DNA of 64,000 nt from the human T2T-CHM13v2.0 reference genome, Homo sapiens. The stretch's first letter is position 1. Each line of letters starts with the position of its first letter. Below, one piece after another: positions 32,615-51,084 of this stretch. A program made the translations under genes and the position numbers. The notes under the pieces are model-generated. The model was not told the DNA's origin. It made no database searches and saw only the letters and a program-made list of their open reading frames with translations. The stretch lies in the NCBI RefSeq assembly GCF_009914755.1, contig NC_060929.1; one strand, 5' to 3'.

Positions 32615-32770
32615 AGAGCAGTCATGATGGCCTGCACTCCACACAATGCAACAGAGTGAAAGAGCAGGTTCTGCTTCTTTGGTGTAGTCCTGAAGCTTCC
32701 TAAGAAACTTCACATCAGGTGATGGATAGGAGCAACCCTGTAAAACCAGCCTTAGACTATTTTTCAAACA
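32615..32770 (+). pseudogene. Exon of a GUSB-pseudogene chimeric transcript (GUSBP1/SMA3-SMA5 family), carrying the ATG (32722) for MDRSNPVKPALDYFSN
   Basis: Acceptor TTTCTTTTTCTTGTAG|, donor ACA|GTAAGT; translation matches my recollection of the SMA3/GUSBP1 N-terminus; paralogue not determinable. Confidence 0.8.
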
Positions 32771-33777
32771 GTAAGTAATAAAGGTGACGTTTTGATCTTT
32801 ATCTGCTTAATTACTTCTGCTATGATTCTATTGATTCTAACATTGAAGGAGCAGTAAATTTATATGTATTATCCAACTATAAAACAATAAATAAACGATA
32901 TGTCAAATACATTATCACATCCTTATGTTCTTATGATAATATTGTCCTTTTTTTAACAGTTTTTATTCTTATTTGTTGATTGGTTTGTCTTTATGTTGTC
33001 CTTTCTACTATCAAACTGAACATGTTGAGGTCATAGGCTATCAAAACTGTACATTTCTGATGCTAACCATAGAGACTTAACAACAGTAAATAGGCCAAAA
33101 TGGAATGTTGTTAGCCATAGTGTGTATTATTATTTCTTTTATACATGTGGTCACTGTTAGAGGAGTTTATGACTTTTTGCCTAGATTAATGACACACAAA
33201 CCATCTACAAACGAATCATACCTTATTCCCTCACTGTAATTTTTAATGTTGCTATTTTTGCCTGTTAACATTCCATAGGTTTATCACATTGCTTAAAGAT
33301 TTAATTTAATTTCTGTAATTGTATATGTCATGAGAGATTGCTTTTAACCTTCCAATGTTCGTGGTCTCATTTTCACTAACATAATCCCAACTTTAGCTGC
33401 GCACAATACCACATTTCCCAGCATTCCTTGCATCTGGATATAGCTGTATTCAAATAAGCCGTGTGAAACTTCTGGGATGGCTCCTTAAGTGCAGTTGACT
33501 CATTAGGGAGGTATGTCTTTTTTATTTTTCTACACTTTGTGCTGCTGTCCTGGAGTACAGACATGGTGGCTAGAAGCATGAAATCACCTTGAAGGTAGAA
33601 GTCATGCATTGAAGTTAGTAAAAGTGAAATGTAAGTGTATAGTTTCCTGATGAAAATGGGAAGCTTATGTACTAGCAACAGAATGCTTATTATGCAGGCT
33701 TCCTATATGTAAAAGAGGACAAATTCTCATTTTATTAAGTTTCTGAAAGTAGATTTCTAAATGCTGGTTCTATTTTT

Positions 33778-33826
33778 TATTGAAAGTAATGGCAAAAAAC
33801 GCAATGCCTTTTGTACCAACCTAATA
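33778..33826. mobile_element. MADE1 (mariner MITE) half element
   Basis: GAAAGTAATGGCAAAAAACGCAATGCCTTTTGTACCAACCTAATA. Confidence 0.75.
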
Positions 33827-35129
33827 GTTAATAAACATATCCTCAAATGAAATGTCTTAGAATTGTGTTCATCAAGTTAATATTAATAATTTATTAGAAT
33901 AGCACTCTAAAGGGTTGCAGCCTATGCATGAAAATACTTACAAACTACTACATGATAATCAATTCTTTTTGGCAAGACTGCTATTTACATGGACACAAGA
34001 GTTATTATAAGAATGTTGTATGTATACATGAATAGTGTCTGTTAAACACTGGATATAATAAAAACAATAGTTTTTCTGTTAATTATAACAATCTGAACAT
34101 TTTTGTGATTATATTTCACAAATGACACACCATTTTATTTGCAGATTTTTCTTATCCCCAAAGTTTTTGTTAATTTATTACCAACACAGCACACAAGTCT
34201 AGTGGCAATGCATTACCTCTGCAGTTGATTTTGAAGTAAGAAGGCCTATTTATTGCATTCATTCCTGCTTAGATGACATCTTAAATTTGTTAATTGGATT
34301 ATTATGCTCTATTCTATACATTTATTGATTTATAGATTTTGTGGACACAAATTTCAAAACATATTCGAAAATTTGGTGATAGCTTTTTAGAATCTATTCT
34401 TCAACATAGTTATTGAAAGTGAACAAGAAGGACCTCCTCTAGAGATTAGGTTGAGAACCACTTCTTTGATTTGTTAAATATGTGTACATGGATACCATGT
34501 GGCTTTATTATGAGGAGCCACTTAAGTGGCTGAGTTACAATTCACAAAACATTGTCACAGGGAAAATATCAGGACAAATTTTCAAGTCGCATGCCAAGAA
34601 AAGAAACTTTCTGAATGCTTATAAGAAATACCTTAATTAATGGGAGCCCTTCAAAGTACACAAAACATCATAACTAGGAGTTGCAACACAACCAGCAATT
34701 TGCTGATTGAAATGCATTCATTCATACTGACTTCACCTGCTGAATGGAATATTGTGCTGTACTGTCCTTAGCTATGGAGAGAGAATTAAGGAATATCCCC
34801 TTCTGGTGTTCAACAACAACGAAAGAGCAAGAAAGATATATTCCTAATTTTTAAAGAAGAATGTAGAGATACTTAAACAAGACAATGAAGGTGGTAGAAA
34901 GATTATTACCATCCCCAAAGTGTTTGCTCATTAAAACATTTTGTGATTTTCTCTGCCAATATCATACCTGTATGGATAATTGTTTTCCTATCCACACAGT
35001 TATGAGAGTGAGAAGATGGAATATAAAAGATGGAACAAGAGGGAATCTGTGTGGTGACCACAGTAATCACAGGCTGGTTGGGATCCTAAACTCGGCCACA
35101 GCACAAAAGCATGTTCAAGTTTAAAGTCA

Positions 35130-35440
<311 letters not shown>

Positions 35441-36957
35441 GTCACAATAAAATGAGATGCTATTAAGGTTGTTTTAGGTTGATTTTCAACTAGACCAGCA
35501 TTTAGCCTGTACAAAGGCATATACAAAATAAACCCTAAACCTAAATGGGATTCAGCAGCAGCAGTGTGGGTTAAAGAAGCCACCAGTTCCCTGGAGGCCA
35601 GAACCACAGGCCTGTGGCCTTTTTTATTGTTTTGACAGGGAGGTGGAAAGCAGGAGTATAACTACATTCAAGTGTCTGCTCTGTTGCTGTAGGAGAAAAT
35701 CCGTGCTGTAGCACATCAAAGTTTTTCCAAATTTTATTTCTTAGGACATCTTTGGGGTTTATGTAAGTATTAAATAGAGCTCCCCTAGCCCAGGCTTACA
35801 CAGGACATATGTCTAGTGTCATAGGTCTGTATGCTTAAATTATAGCAGAAAGTTTGCTAAAATTTAAGTGAAGTAATGTTGAAGGTTGAATCATTTGAAA
35901 CAAACTACCTGCACCAAAATATTCTTTAGTGTACTGATTTCTATCCCACCCCTAATGAGGCTGAATTTTAATCTTAACTCTGCTTGTAATTAGGTATTTA
36001 TATGTGTCTGTTATTCATTTTTTAACAAGATGTCTCTTCAGAGATAAAATGAGGGTAGCAAAAAATAATTTTAATAGCCATTTATATGGCTTTGATAACA
36101 ATTGTCTGTTCTACTTATCTGACTGATTCTAAACTCTAAAGGTTATTTTACAGTTAGTAAATTACATAATTTTTATGCAACAATTTGCCTGCCAGGATTC
36201 CTATAATACTTGTCAGCTATCAGTAGGTATAAGCCTGTTAGCCTCTAATGTGAAGATAATATCTCTTTAAGTTATAACGCATTTACAATTGTTACAGTTT
36301 CTAAGGTCTTTTTGAAGTTAGAGATGCATCTGAGGATGATGGTTTTCAAGGAGATAGCTCTTTGACAAAAAATGACAATATGGGACTTAGTGTTATATTA
36401 ATTTACACATTATGTTTTTGCTATAAAGAGATAAAAGGTGTGCTATACTACCTATCAATTACTGTATGCCACATTTTGTAGAATTGTTTTCCATATTATT
36501 GTAGAATGTGGCACTTAAATAGTATCATGAAAAAAGTTTATTCAAGAAATAAGACATTAATGAAATATAATTAATATATAAAGACTATATTTAAAAATAA
36601 TTATGTATTTCTAATCCTAAACTTTTTAAGGTGACATTATTTTTTTCTGTGATATAATTTCAGTTGAGAAGAACTTTAAATTTTAATAAGATTTTAAGAT
36701 GATTCAGTAATGTTAACATACTTTTCTTCTGTAAATTTTGTTAACAATTTAGCTGCATTAATTAAATATTTATGTAGCTAATTTTAATAGTGATATTTTA
36801 ATACAATTCTTAATTTTACTCCTGGCTTTCAATCATTCATATATGTTTTTAAAAATTGCTTTTTCCATTGCTTTACTTCTTAATTACTTTTATCAAAGTC
36901 TTAATTGTGTGTGGTTGATTTTAAAAGTTAAATATTTCTATAAGATTTATAAAGACA

Positions 36958-37397
<440 letters not shown>

Positions 37398-37729
37398 TAG
37401 AAATGTCCTGGCTATATCTATATTAATAGGTTTTGCACATTTAAACCAAAGTCACACATATGGTTTGATTCTAATTAATTCTAATGCATCTTGCAGGTTT
37501 CAAACTGTATTCTATTATGTAATTATCTGCTGATCCACTCTGTATCCTGTTGTGTAAGTTGCGATGATTAACCTCTGCCTTTACGATGTAATCCAAATGT
37601 AGCATATAGACCTCAATGATAAGATTGATCATGGTGCATTTAATCATTAATTTATTATTAATCTCTTTTATCCTGGTACTTAGAGTGCAGATTTTTCTCA
37701 ACAACTATTTACGCAATCATTAAATGAAA

Positions 37730-37930
37730 TACAGCCTTGTGTCACTTAGCAATGAGGATATGTTCTGAGAAGTGTGTGGCTAGGTGATTATCTTACTGTG
37801 CAAACTTCATAGAGTGATCAATCTATAATGGTGATAGCAATTTTTCAACCCTATTATAATCTTAATGAGCCATTGTTTTACATGCTGTCTCTTATTGATG
37901 TAAACGTTGTTATGTGGCACATGATTATGT
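37730..37930. mobile_element. Tigger3-like remnant
   Basis: CACTTAGCAATGAGGATATGTTCTGAGAAGTGTG..AAACGTTGTTATGTGGCACATGA. Confidence 0.55.
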
Positions 37931-38078
37931 AAAAGATATTAATCCATTCATTATTTATGCATTCATCCATTTGACCTATGGTAGTGTTCTATTGAAAATG
38001 AGTCATCGTGATACAGAAATCCACTGTTAGTTGTTTTTACTTTCTCTTGTTCGTGGGGAAGAGTGGGTATTGATTTTA

Positions 38079-39687
<1,609 letters not shown>

Positions 39688-41959
39688 GGGGGGGGTATAC
39701 ACACAATCAGGTGTCAAGCAGTGGCACCTCGTGCAAAATAATAAACTCATCTAAGATCCTAGCAGTTCATTCTGAAAATAAAGCTGGAAATATATCTTGG
39801 ATATGTAAAATGTGAGTGTAAAAATTAATGAAACTAAGCAATGGGAATATGAGTAGTAAATTATTTGAGAAAATATTATAACATTTACTTTTTTAAATTT
39901 CAAAACTATATTTCCTTATTTAAAACTGAAAATTTTTGTGTACATATAGGAAACTAATTGTGTCATTTTTCTTTTTGTTACAATATAGAGTGATGTTTCA
40001 AAACACAAACATAATAGGTAGAGTCAATTACTTAGGGGAGTCTAAACCTGGAGGTAACATTAGAAATAGAAATAATAAAATGCAGTGTTTTTGGATTTGT
40101 CTGTTAAGATTATTTTAATCCAGATCATATTTAATGGTTTACATAGTTGTATATCAAATTTGGTTTCAGAAATAAATTATACAGTAAATTTAAAAATGCA
40201 AAAAATGTATATTGTTATACATTCTGTAACCTATGAATCCATATAACTTGGGCAAGAAAATTATATAATTAAAAATAAAACCTTTCTGTTCTCAATTATG
40301 TTTTAGGGACAGCTATATAGTTCACACTCACAAAGGAATCATAAAAACTCTATGTATAATCTTGGAAGTAAAAATATCTGTTGTATCATATTTATGAAGT
40401 ATACAATTGATTAAAAATGGTAATGTCTGTCTTCTATCCAACGGCAATAACAGAAGATAATGGCATATAAGTAGGCCTGTCTCCTTTTTTTTGGCATTGA
40501 TTTATATATCTTTACTAGCTTTGTTGTTTTAACTCCAATAAAAGATTATTTAGTAAGCCAAAGCAAAAAAAAAAAAAAAAATCCTGTGAGCAGCCACAAA
40601 CTGAAAGACTACGATTTTTAGTCAATGTCCTAAGCAACACAGTAATTTTAGGTTAACCAATGTGTCAAAGAGAATGAGGAAAAATTATTACAAAAATGAA
40701 TAAATAAACTGGTCTAGGTCAAACCGTACTCCTTCTAAAGAGAGTAGTCAACTGATATTAAAGCCTGTGACGTAGTATGTGCCATATTGAGTATGCAATA
40801 TCTAAATATTTCTTTTTTTTCTTTCTCCAGCTACTGCAAACCCTAATTGTTTCCTTATCCGATCACTTTAAAGTCATTCAGCAAATCATAATTATGCCAT
40901 TGTTAACATCAGAAACTGAAAACCTACTGTCAAAAGTGAGCTAAAATATCATATTTGGATTTATTTATAAATTTATTTTATAAAAAGATTGACTTTCAAT
41001 TTGAGAATAACATAAAAAATCAATTCATTCCTCTGTGCATCAATATTGTATCATTGGTAGTTTAAACTTTTCATCTAATATTAGATTGCATGCAGGATTT
41101 TATATCTAATTACTCTGGCAGATGGCCTTTAGAAAGTTCAAAAATAAAATGCAGCAATTCATATTGGCAGATTTACTATTGAGACCAATGCTTTCTTAAC
41201 TAAAAGGTTTTGTTTAAAATCGTTAGTTTAGGAAATCTGATAAAGATTTTTGAATATCAGAGCGTTTAAAAGAGATTCTTACTTTACATCTGGCATATTT
41301 CTTGTGTTACATATTATAATTTCATTGAACATGGCTGTCTGTAAAACTATGTATATGATCCGGAAGAGACTCAAATTAAATTAAGTTTTAACAGCCATCA
41401 ATTCATTTTAAAATGACACAGGCATGAAAAATGATCTATCAAGATTTGTAAATCTTATTCTGTTAGCTATTGCTAGAGATAGTCTAAAGGTATTCTACTT
41501 GGAATTTGAGATCAAGACAAAGATTTTCTGTTGGTAATAATATTCAGATTATTTTTATTTTAATGTATAAATTTAAAATTCTTAGAATATTTTCAACAAT
41601 ATTTTCCATTTCTAAATTTATTTTATTTCTAAACAAATGTAATTACTTTATTTATTAACTTTTATTTTCAGTTCAGGGGTATATGTGCAGGTTTGTTATA
41701 TAGGTAAACCTATAGGTAAATAGGTATACAGATTATTTTGTCACCCAGGCATTAAGCCTATGCGCGTTAGTGAAAAATGTTATTGCTTTAAATATCCAAA
41801 TTATTCAGCTGCATTTGAACTCATTCTTTAGTCCAATGTAAGTAAGAGTAAAACAATGACATTTAAGGCCACCAGGCTATTCTCATTTTTGGAAAAATGC
41901 TGGATTACATTACCAGCATATTAAATGAGAATATCAAGGTGTAATATCTCCCTAGAAAT

Positions 41960-42080
41960 TGTCTCACCTTCAATACTATTGACATTTTTGGACCTGATAA
42001 TTTTGTTGTGGGCTCTAGCCTCATGTTATAGGAGGTTTACCAGTTTTCCTGCCCTAAACTTACCGGATGTGAATAGCATC
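41960..42080 (-). mobile_element. MER20 fragment
   Basis: TACTATTGACATTTTTGGACCTGATAATTTTGTTGTGGG. Confidence 0.6.
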
Positions 42081-44078
42081 TTTGGAATCTTCAGAACCTC
42101 TTTAGAGTTTGGGATTTAAGAGTCAGTAGGTAGATAGTGAGCTTAAGATGCCAAACACAACATATAAAGCTATAAAAATCCATATGATCTTGAAAGATTA
42201 AATGGAAGCCCAGCACAAAACAATTGCTGAGTATATTATTTACATTATCTGAAAGTATGCCAGACAGACACTTTATATGTTAATAAAGATATGAGAAAGA
42301 AAATTCCAAAGAGTTTCTAAAAAGTGAACAACCACAAAATTTCAATAGCTTGCAACAGACATTTTCTTCTCACTCATGTTACCTGATGGAAAATCAAATG
42401 GCTGCCTGGAGACAGCATGGAGGGAGAGACTGATTACTGAGGTGCACAAGAAAACTTTTCATAATGATGGTTGTGAATGTAGTGATATTTCCAAAAGTAT
42501 ATACATATATATATATATCTATCTCAAATTTGACCACATCACACATTTCAAGTATACTGAATTGACTGTGCATCTCTTATTATACCCCAGGAAAGTTGAA
42601 GATATGACAATGAAAAAAAAATTCTTCCACCGACTACCCATCAATTTTCTTCTCATTAGCCTCACAGATTTCACAGTTAATTAAAGGGAAGATGCAAATA
42701 TGTTCAAACTGTACATATTCTGAGGCCCATACCTTGCCATTAGCTCAATAAAGAGAGACATTGTCCCTGGCATGAAAATGAAAAACTTGCACACTCCCTA
42801 GGTGGCTTCTGGACACTCTTAAGACATGAACACACTTTGGGGGCTCACCCTGTCAGGCTTTGCTCTCCGAGCTTAGATGAGAAAAACACAAAAATAAAAC
42901 CAAAAGGTGACATTTAGGTGCCCATCAAGAAAGATGTGTTGGGAACTGGACAGGTCAGGGCTTTAAGTACTGTATCTTACTGTATGTTTAAGTACTGTAT
43001 GTTACTGTGGAAACTTACCCATTTTCCCCTCAGAACAACTCTGTCTCAGGAGGTGAGTCTGAGAGCTACTGTTTCTTTGTAAAGGTTTTATCTGATCAGG
43101 CCCACGGTCACCACGTCAGCCCCACTGCCCCTAAATAGTTTGAATCTTGATGTTTTGATTTCAAGGACTTCTGATTCTAGCTACATAGCTTTGTCCATTT
43201 CCCACCTTACCACTATTTACTTTGAATTTTGTTGCATGCCGAGACCAGTGACTGCCACAAATGTGACTGTTCCTAGAATCTGCTTTCTGCTCTGATCTTT
43301 AGTCAGTGCGCAGACTCTAACATAAACTCCTTTCTATCGTATTTTCTTGAGTCCAAGAGCCCATAGATTGTATAATGCACTATTTTATGTCCCGTTAAGC
43401 AAGTAATTCGCATTGTGGCTAATTAAACTAAGACATACCACTGAATTGTAAAATGCATTATATTTTCAGGAGATATTAAAATATGAAATGTATAGGTCTT
43501 GGAATAGATGAATTGTGACAGTATCTTTGGAAAGCTAATTCAGTTGCAGTATTGCTTAAGATGTCTTTAAGAGCTGACTTCCTTTAGTTGGAATACATAT
43601 GTAAATTATTTGCAGAGGAGATTTACCTCTTTTATCTCATTCATTTGTTTATTCAGTCATTTATTGATATCAATATGGACTAAGGAAAATTACATTTTTG
43701 GGTATAATCCAAATATACTACCAATTAATGTATTGTGTTGCTAAAATTATTCTAGAAATTGAAAGACCTTTCACCTGGCCCCTGTGCTTGTTTGACATAT
43801 CTCACAAATAGATTTTTGTTAGTATTTTCATAATTTCTGGCACTAGAGGATGTCCCAGGCTCATCTTGTGTATTTTCTTCCCCATTCTTAGAATCAGCCA
43901 CTTTCAAAGACGCCCTGCTTTCTATATATGAAATCAATATTTAAGTGCTAGCTGTGCCTGTAGCTAAGGGAGTATCAATTTTTTCATAGCTCTCTAAGAT
44001 GAGAGAGCAAAGAAACAATGTGTATATTCTTACACATATGTAGACACATATCTTTAAATATTTCTATATGTAAACATC

Positions 44079-44461
44079 TATATTAGTCCATTATCCCATT
44101 GTTATAAAGAACTACCTGATCCTAGGTAATTTATAAAGAAAAGAGCTTTAATTGCCTCACAGTTGCACAGGCTGTACAGGAAGCAAGGATGGGGAAGCCT
44201 CAGAAAACGTACAGTCATAGCAGAAGGCAAAGAGGAAGCAGGCACATCTTACATGGCTGGAGAAGGAGGAAGAGAACTAAGGGGGAGATGCTACACACTT
44301 TTAAACAACCAGATTGTGTGAGAACTAAGTCATTATCACAAGAACAGCAAGGAGGAAATCTGCCCCCATAATCCAATCCCCTCCCACTAGACCCCTCCTT
44401 CAACACTGGCGATTACAATTGGACGAGAGGTTTGAGAGGGGACAAAATGTAAACCATATCA
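44079..44461 (-). mobile_element. MSTA/THE1D-like solo LTR inserted in an old L1M remnant
   Basis: TATTAGTCCATT..CTACACACTTTTAAACAACCAGAT..AAACCATATCA; TSD ACATC/CCATC. Confidence 0.85.
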
Positions 44462-45049
44462 CCATCTATGTCTATATTAAGCTAAACATGGGTTCTTACT
44501 GATGTCACTACCTCTAACCTAGTCCCGCAAGCATCAATGCCTTCCTGTATCTCTAAACCCCCACTCCAACAATAAAAATCCTGACTCTTATTTTGTGACA
44601 TCTATTTAGTTAATTGTTCACTTCCAGTATATGTATATAGCTGTACCAGAATTGATAACCTGCCCTTAGTAGAAGAACATCTTTATCAACTAAATTAAAT
44701 GCCTTCGTACAAGTTTCTTTTGCCTTTCATCTTAAGAGACTGCACTCATTTTCAATATCACTTTGACTAGCACCCTTTCCCTTAAGTCCCTCACTGAAGT
44801 TATTTTGTATGGTTCATAATAGAGCTAGATAAATTTGTAACAGTCTGCATTCCATCCTGAGATTCTACAACCTTTTAATTAATTTTTAATTAAAAATATA
44901 ACTTTTATTTTGGTAAATATTAGCACTTCTGTGCCACACTACTATATATAAATATCAAAAAAAGGTCCAGAAAGCTATAGAAAATTTAAGTAAAGTGCTG
45001 AATGTTGAACCTAACAATAACTGGGCTAAAGTAAGTACAGAAGGCAATT

Positions 45050-46800
<1,751 letters not shown>

Positions 46801-46869
46801 ATCATTTCAAGAAAATTAGCAGTGAGTTATGTCAATCAAGCCATTGGTTTGTATTTGGTGGCACATTTA

Positions 46870-46980
46870 CTCTGTATTATTTCACACTAGAACCATCTGA
46901 GTTAAGTTTTATTATTTGCTATATGTTGCAGATGAAGAAACTGAAGCTGAGAGAGGTTTAGTGAATGACTGAAAAGGTTG
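46870..46980 (-). mobile_element. MIR fragment
   Basis: CAGATGAAGAAACTGAAGCTGAGAGAGGTTTAGTGA. Confidence 0.6.
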
Positions 46981-49900
46981 TCAGGCTGCAGGGAAAAAAA
47001 CAAAACAAAACTGTACGACTAGCCTGCAATGCTTCCCAAAGTATGTAGCTTATTATTATTGGTCACTTTTTGAGTACAAAATGCTGTGCTATGTAACAAA
47101 ATAATACAATGTACATATGTATAAAAGTTAACATATACATATCAATTAACATAAGCATAACTGTAATCACATATACTGATAAATAAAAATATAAAGTAAT
47201 ATATGGTAATGACCCAACCATTTGCCTAAGTTTCATGTATTACAGAAGTTTTGAGGAGGGACTTCAGCTGTATGCAAATCAGCAATTCGGGTTGTACAGT
47301 TGATTACCCATTAGTTCAGAATTTTAATAATTTAAAATATATTTATTAAGAACCTAACAATTGGAAGACCTTACAATAGGTGGGAAAATTCGACAGATGA
47401 ATAATGCTTAGGAGATATCAGCATGTTTTGGAAGGATATTCCCATGAAGAGAAAAAGTATTGTGGGAAGTGTGGGAAGTGTTATGGTGCGAGAGTAATAT
47501 AGGTTCCAGCATGTGTTTACATTATTTTGTTGGAGGTGTTGGGGAACCTTTCATGGAAGGTGTGTGGTAGACTGTTGGACAGGTTTCCTCAACTTTCGTT
47601 CCACTCTTTGAAGAGGTTAGAAAATTAAAACAAAACAAGCAATGCAGCTTCCCTTGAGCTAGCTTTATGAATGCAGCTTAGACCACTTACCGATTGTTTG
47701 CATATGAATCAGACTTAGAAAAATGGAAGAGATCAAAGCCTGTCTTGCTATTGTTGATTCTGGCAAGTGAAATCATGGGGACAATAGTTCAGAAGTAGTG
47801 GAAGTGGTAGGATTCAATATCCTTGTGCCTAATCCCCAGTTTCATGGGCATAAGAGGCTTAAAGTTTTAATAGCAGGAGCATCTTTTTGACCCAGGATTG
47901 CAGAAATGATTGCGTGCCTTTGAATTCAAGAACTCAAAACCTTCCTCCATGCCACAGCTACTTTAGTTATTTTAGCCCTTCCTATTGTATATGTATGAAA
48001 TGCACTTTCTGCTTAAGATACCTATTGCGGTTTTTATTTCCTTATTAAAACCTTGGAAAAATATAGCACTTAAATTATGTTTTGTAGAAATTCACTAAGC
48101 AAATAAAGCTAAAGGGGGAGAGAGTTAACCTTCTCTGCCCCCTTTTTATCAGAAGTTAGTTGTAGAAGAAATACACAATTTTTGCGCAATGTTAGCACCA
48201 TCTAAGTTCTGTAGGTCTGGAACACAGACTGGTTAAATGAGCATTTCAGGAGCGCTATAGTTGCAAAGTTAAGCAGTCACCACAATTTTATGTGTCATAC
48301 AAAGATTTTTAACTTTATGTTTAAGCAACGAGCCTAGAAGCAAATGGTATTTCCATCAAGAATTGTCTCATATAAAGTAGAGCGTTTTGGAAAATGGAGT
48401 TATTAATAGATAAAAACATGTTTATACAGTTGGTTTCTAAGTATGACAAACCTATTTCTTGGTAAATTGCAAGTCCATTCCACCTGTGTTTGTAGGCTCA
48501 TTTGCCTAAAAGTCTTGGGATTTTTTTCTGATGATCTATTAAATTTTCTTTCTGATTATCTTTTCTAATGCTGTAATAGCATTTCTAACACTGTAATGAA
48601 AGAGAACAAAAGTACACGCTTGCTCATCATTTACTAATTCTAAAAATATATATTGAATACATCTATGTAGCAGGTACTGTGGTAGGTGTGGAAGATAGTT
48701 GAGACAGGTAACAAGCCCAACATTACGGAGCTTAGCATCACCACCTAGAAGAGTTTTTAAAAAACATAGATAAGTGAATCATGATTATAAAGACAAAGAG
48801 ATTCTTGCCATATAATTACATATAAGCAAATTTAGGATGTGATGAAAGATTTTGATATTGGTCTTCTGATTTGGCTGTAGGATGAAGTGTTTATAAGTCA
48901 TCCCAAGGAAGAAACAATTCAGATGAGAACTATTCAATGGATTTGCAATAACAATCCAAAGATGGAAGAAGACACTTCTAGGTAGACAAAATTGCAAGTA
49001 TAGAGAATGTAAATTAAGAGAGAGCTTAGCTTTCAGATGAATTAAAAGATTGTGGTGATCAGAATGTAGAGATTGACGAGAGACAAATGAAATAAAACTA
49101 GAAGGACAAGTAGAGATTTGTGGGTCAAGTTTTAAAATTTTATTATAAATGCACTGATACTGTTCTGAACATTTTCTTACACATGGAAATTTAATGATTA
49201 TGGCTATTGAAAAATGTAACTCTTCATTTATATTTTTCCGAGAATGAAATCGGTGGAATTGCTGGGGGGTGAAAATGTCCAATGCGAAACAGGAGGCTAA
49301 TTTAAGAAGGGATACTGCAAAATTGGTCATGATGGCTCAAACTGCTGTTCATAATAGAGAGAAGAAAATGGATAGAGTTACATATGGATGAGAGTAAATT
49401 GACAAGGCTAAATGCTAAAACGTGGGTAGTGACAGAAAGTAGGTGTCAAAATAGACTTCCAGGAAAAGAAAAAATGGGTCTACAGAAGAGCCAAATGCTG
49501 ATGTGGGTTACATGATCCTGAGCAGATGCAGTTGTAATTGGTTAAGTAAAGTAAGTTCTTAAGATAGATTTGGCCTGGCGCTATACATTCTAGAGCCCTT
49601 GAATATAAGTGGGATATAAAACCATGGGAATGACTGTATTTGTCTAAGGAGAGAATTTGGCAGAAGAAAAGGAGACATAAGATGAAATGCAGAGGAAATT
49701 CAAATTTAATTGGCAGGTGTAGGAAGACAAGGAGATGACAAAAGGAACTGGAAATGAGTAATCAGAGACAGAAAAGTAAAAGTAAGAGTAGAATGTCATG
49801 GAAGGCAAATAATTGGAATGTTTCAAGATCAGGGAAATGGGCAATAAAGAGAAGAAAAAAATAGTGACCAGAGGGTATAGTAATGTGTAGAAATTCATCC

Positions 49901-51084
49901 TGTGTTAGGTTTGATTGCTTAGACGTTTTATATAAAGATCTTTCCCAGAGAGTAATAAAACAGAAGTGAGGTTAGAGAAAGAACATACGATTTAGCCAAA
50001 AGGTGGGAAAAGTTAGGAAATGAAGAATAAATATGTTTAAAGATAATGTTATGGCTACTCAATGTACAACCTCTTTTCTTTCATTATTTTTAATTGTCAT
50101 ATTTAAAAATAGTAATTACCACTTTTAAAAATTGTCTTATTATTTGTTACATAAGAAAATGCATTAATTCAAGCCACATAGTATCATTTATATTATGACT
50201 GTCGAAACATTACTAGAATTACTAGAACTATTAACCTAATGGCCTGAAAATTTCAACTCACTTCCCTAGCTGTCCTGATGATCATTAGTGAAAGGAAAGA
50301 CTCCATTAGATAATGCTTACTTATAGAGAACTGGTTATATCTGTCTCATTTCCATACATATATCTGTATAAATTAATTTGATTAATAAAACAAACACAAG
50401 GCACAAACAACAAAACACAATTTATAAATGTCATTGAAAAATGCATGCCTGTACAATTTGGGTATTTGTAATTGTAAATTGATATACTTCATTTTTTATC
50501 CAGGAGTTACTTAGATTGAAACTTTACCTAATGTATGATAAAATAATACGTGATTAAATTTAAAAACATGATGAATTTATTTAAAATTGGCTTCAATAAT
50601 GTCAGAAAGTAATAAAATAAAATGATTCCTTCAAAGACTGCACCTGTTTATTGCCTGAGATTATCTCTCTTGGCCACAAATCAATATTACTTTCTTTCAT
50701 TCATCAGTGATAAAGCTTTTCAATAATTCTAATTTTAAAGGATGATTACAGCAAGTATATAGTCATTGATTGCTTAAAGGTTGCAGCTAAAATGAACACA
50801 ATGGTCATTTTATTTTTAATAAATGAGCCCTTTTGAAAAGTCAAGCATTTTTCCTCTCACAAAACTTTGTGTAATAAGATTATAGATTTGATCATGTATG
50901 AGTTTGCACTGTGTGTGTGTATATATGTGTGTGTGATTTCAGCGATAAAGTTCACTGTTCCACAGCTGGCAATTTCTTCTGCTTAATTGAAAATTCCGTT
51001 TTAAAATATTTCTTTAAAGTTCTAAAATGGGTTTAAATGGGTTCATGAGCTGTAATACTATTAAAAATATATATATCTACATAT

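Noticed and set aside
40810-40941. Acceptor TTTCTTTCTCCAG at 40830 with a possible donor GTGAGC at 40936
   Set aside because: Motif only, with a weak donor context; such sites are common in AT-rich introns
48785-49330. 181-aa ORF
   Set aside because: No recognisable homology; lies in degenerate purine-rich, L2-like sequence; probably chance
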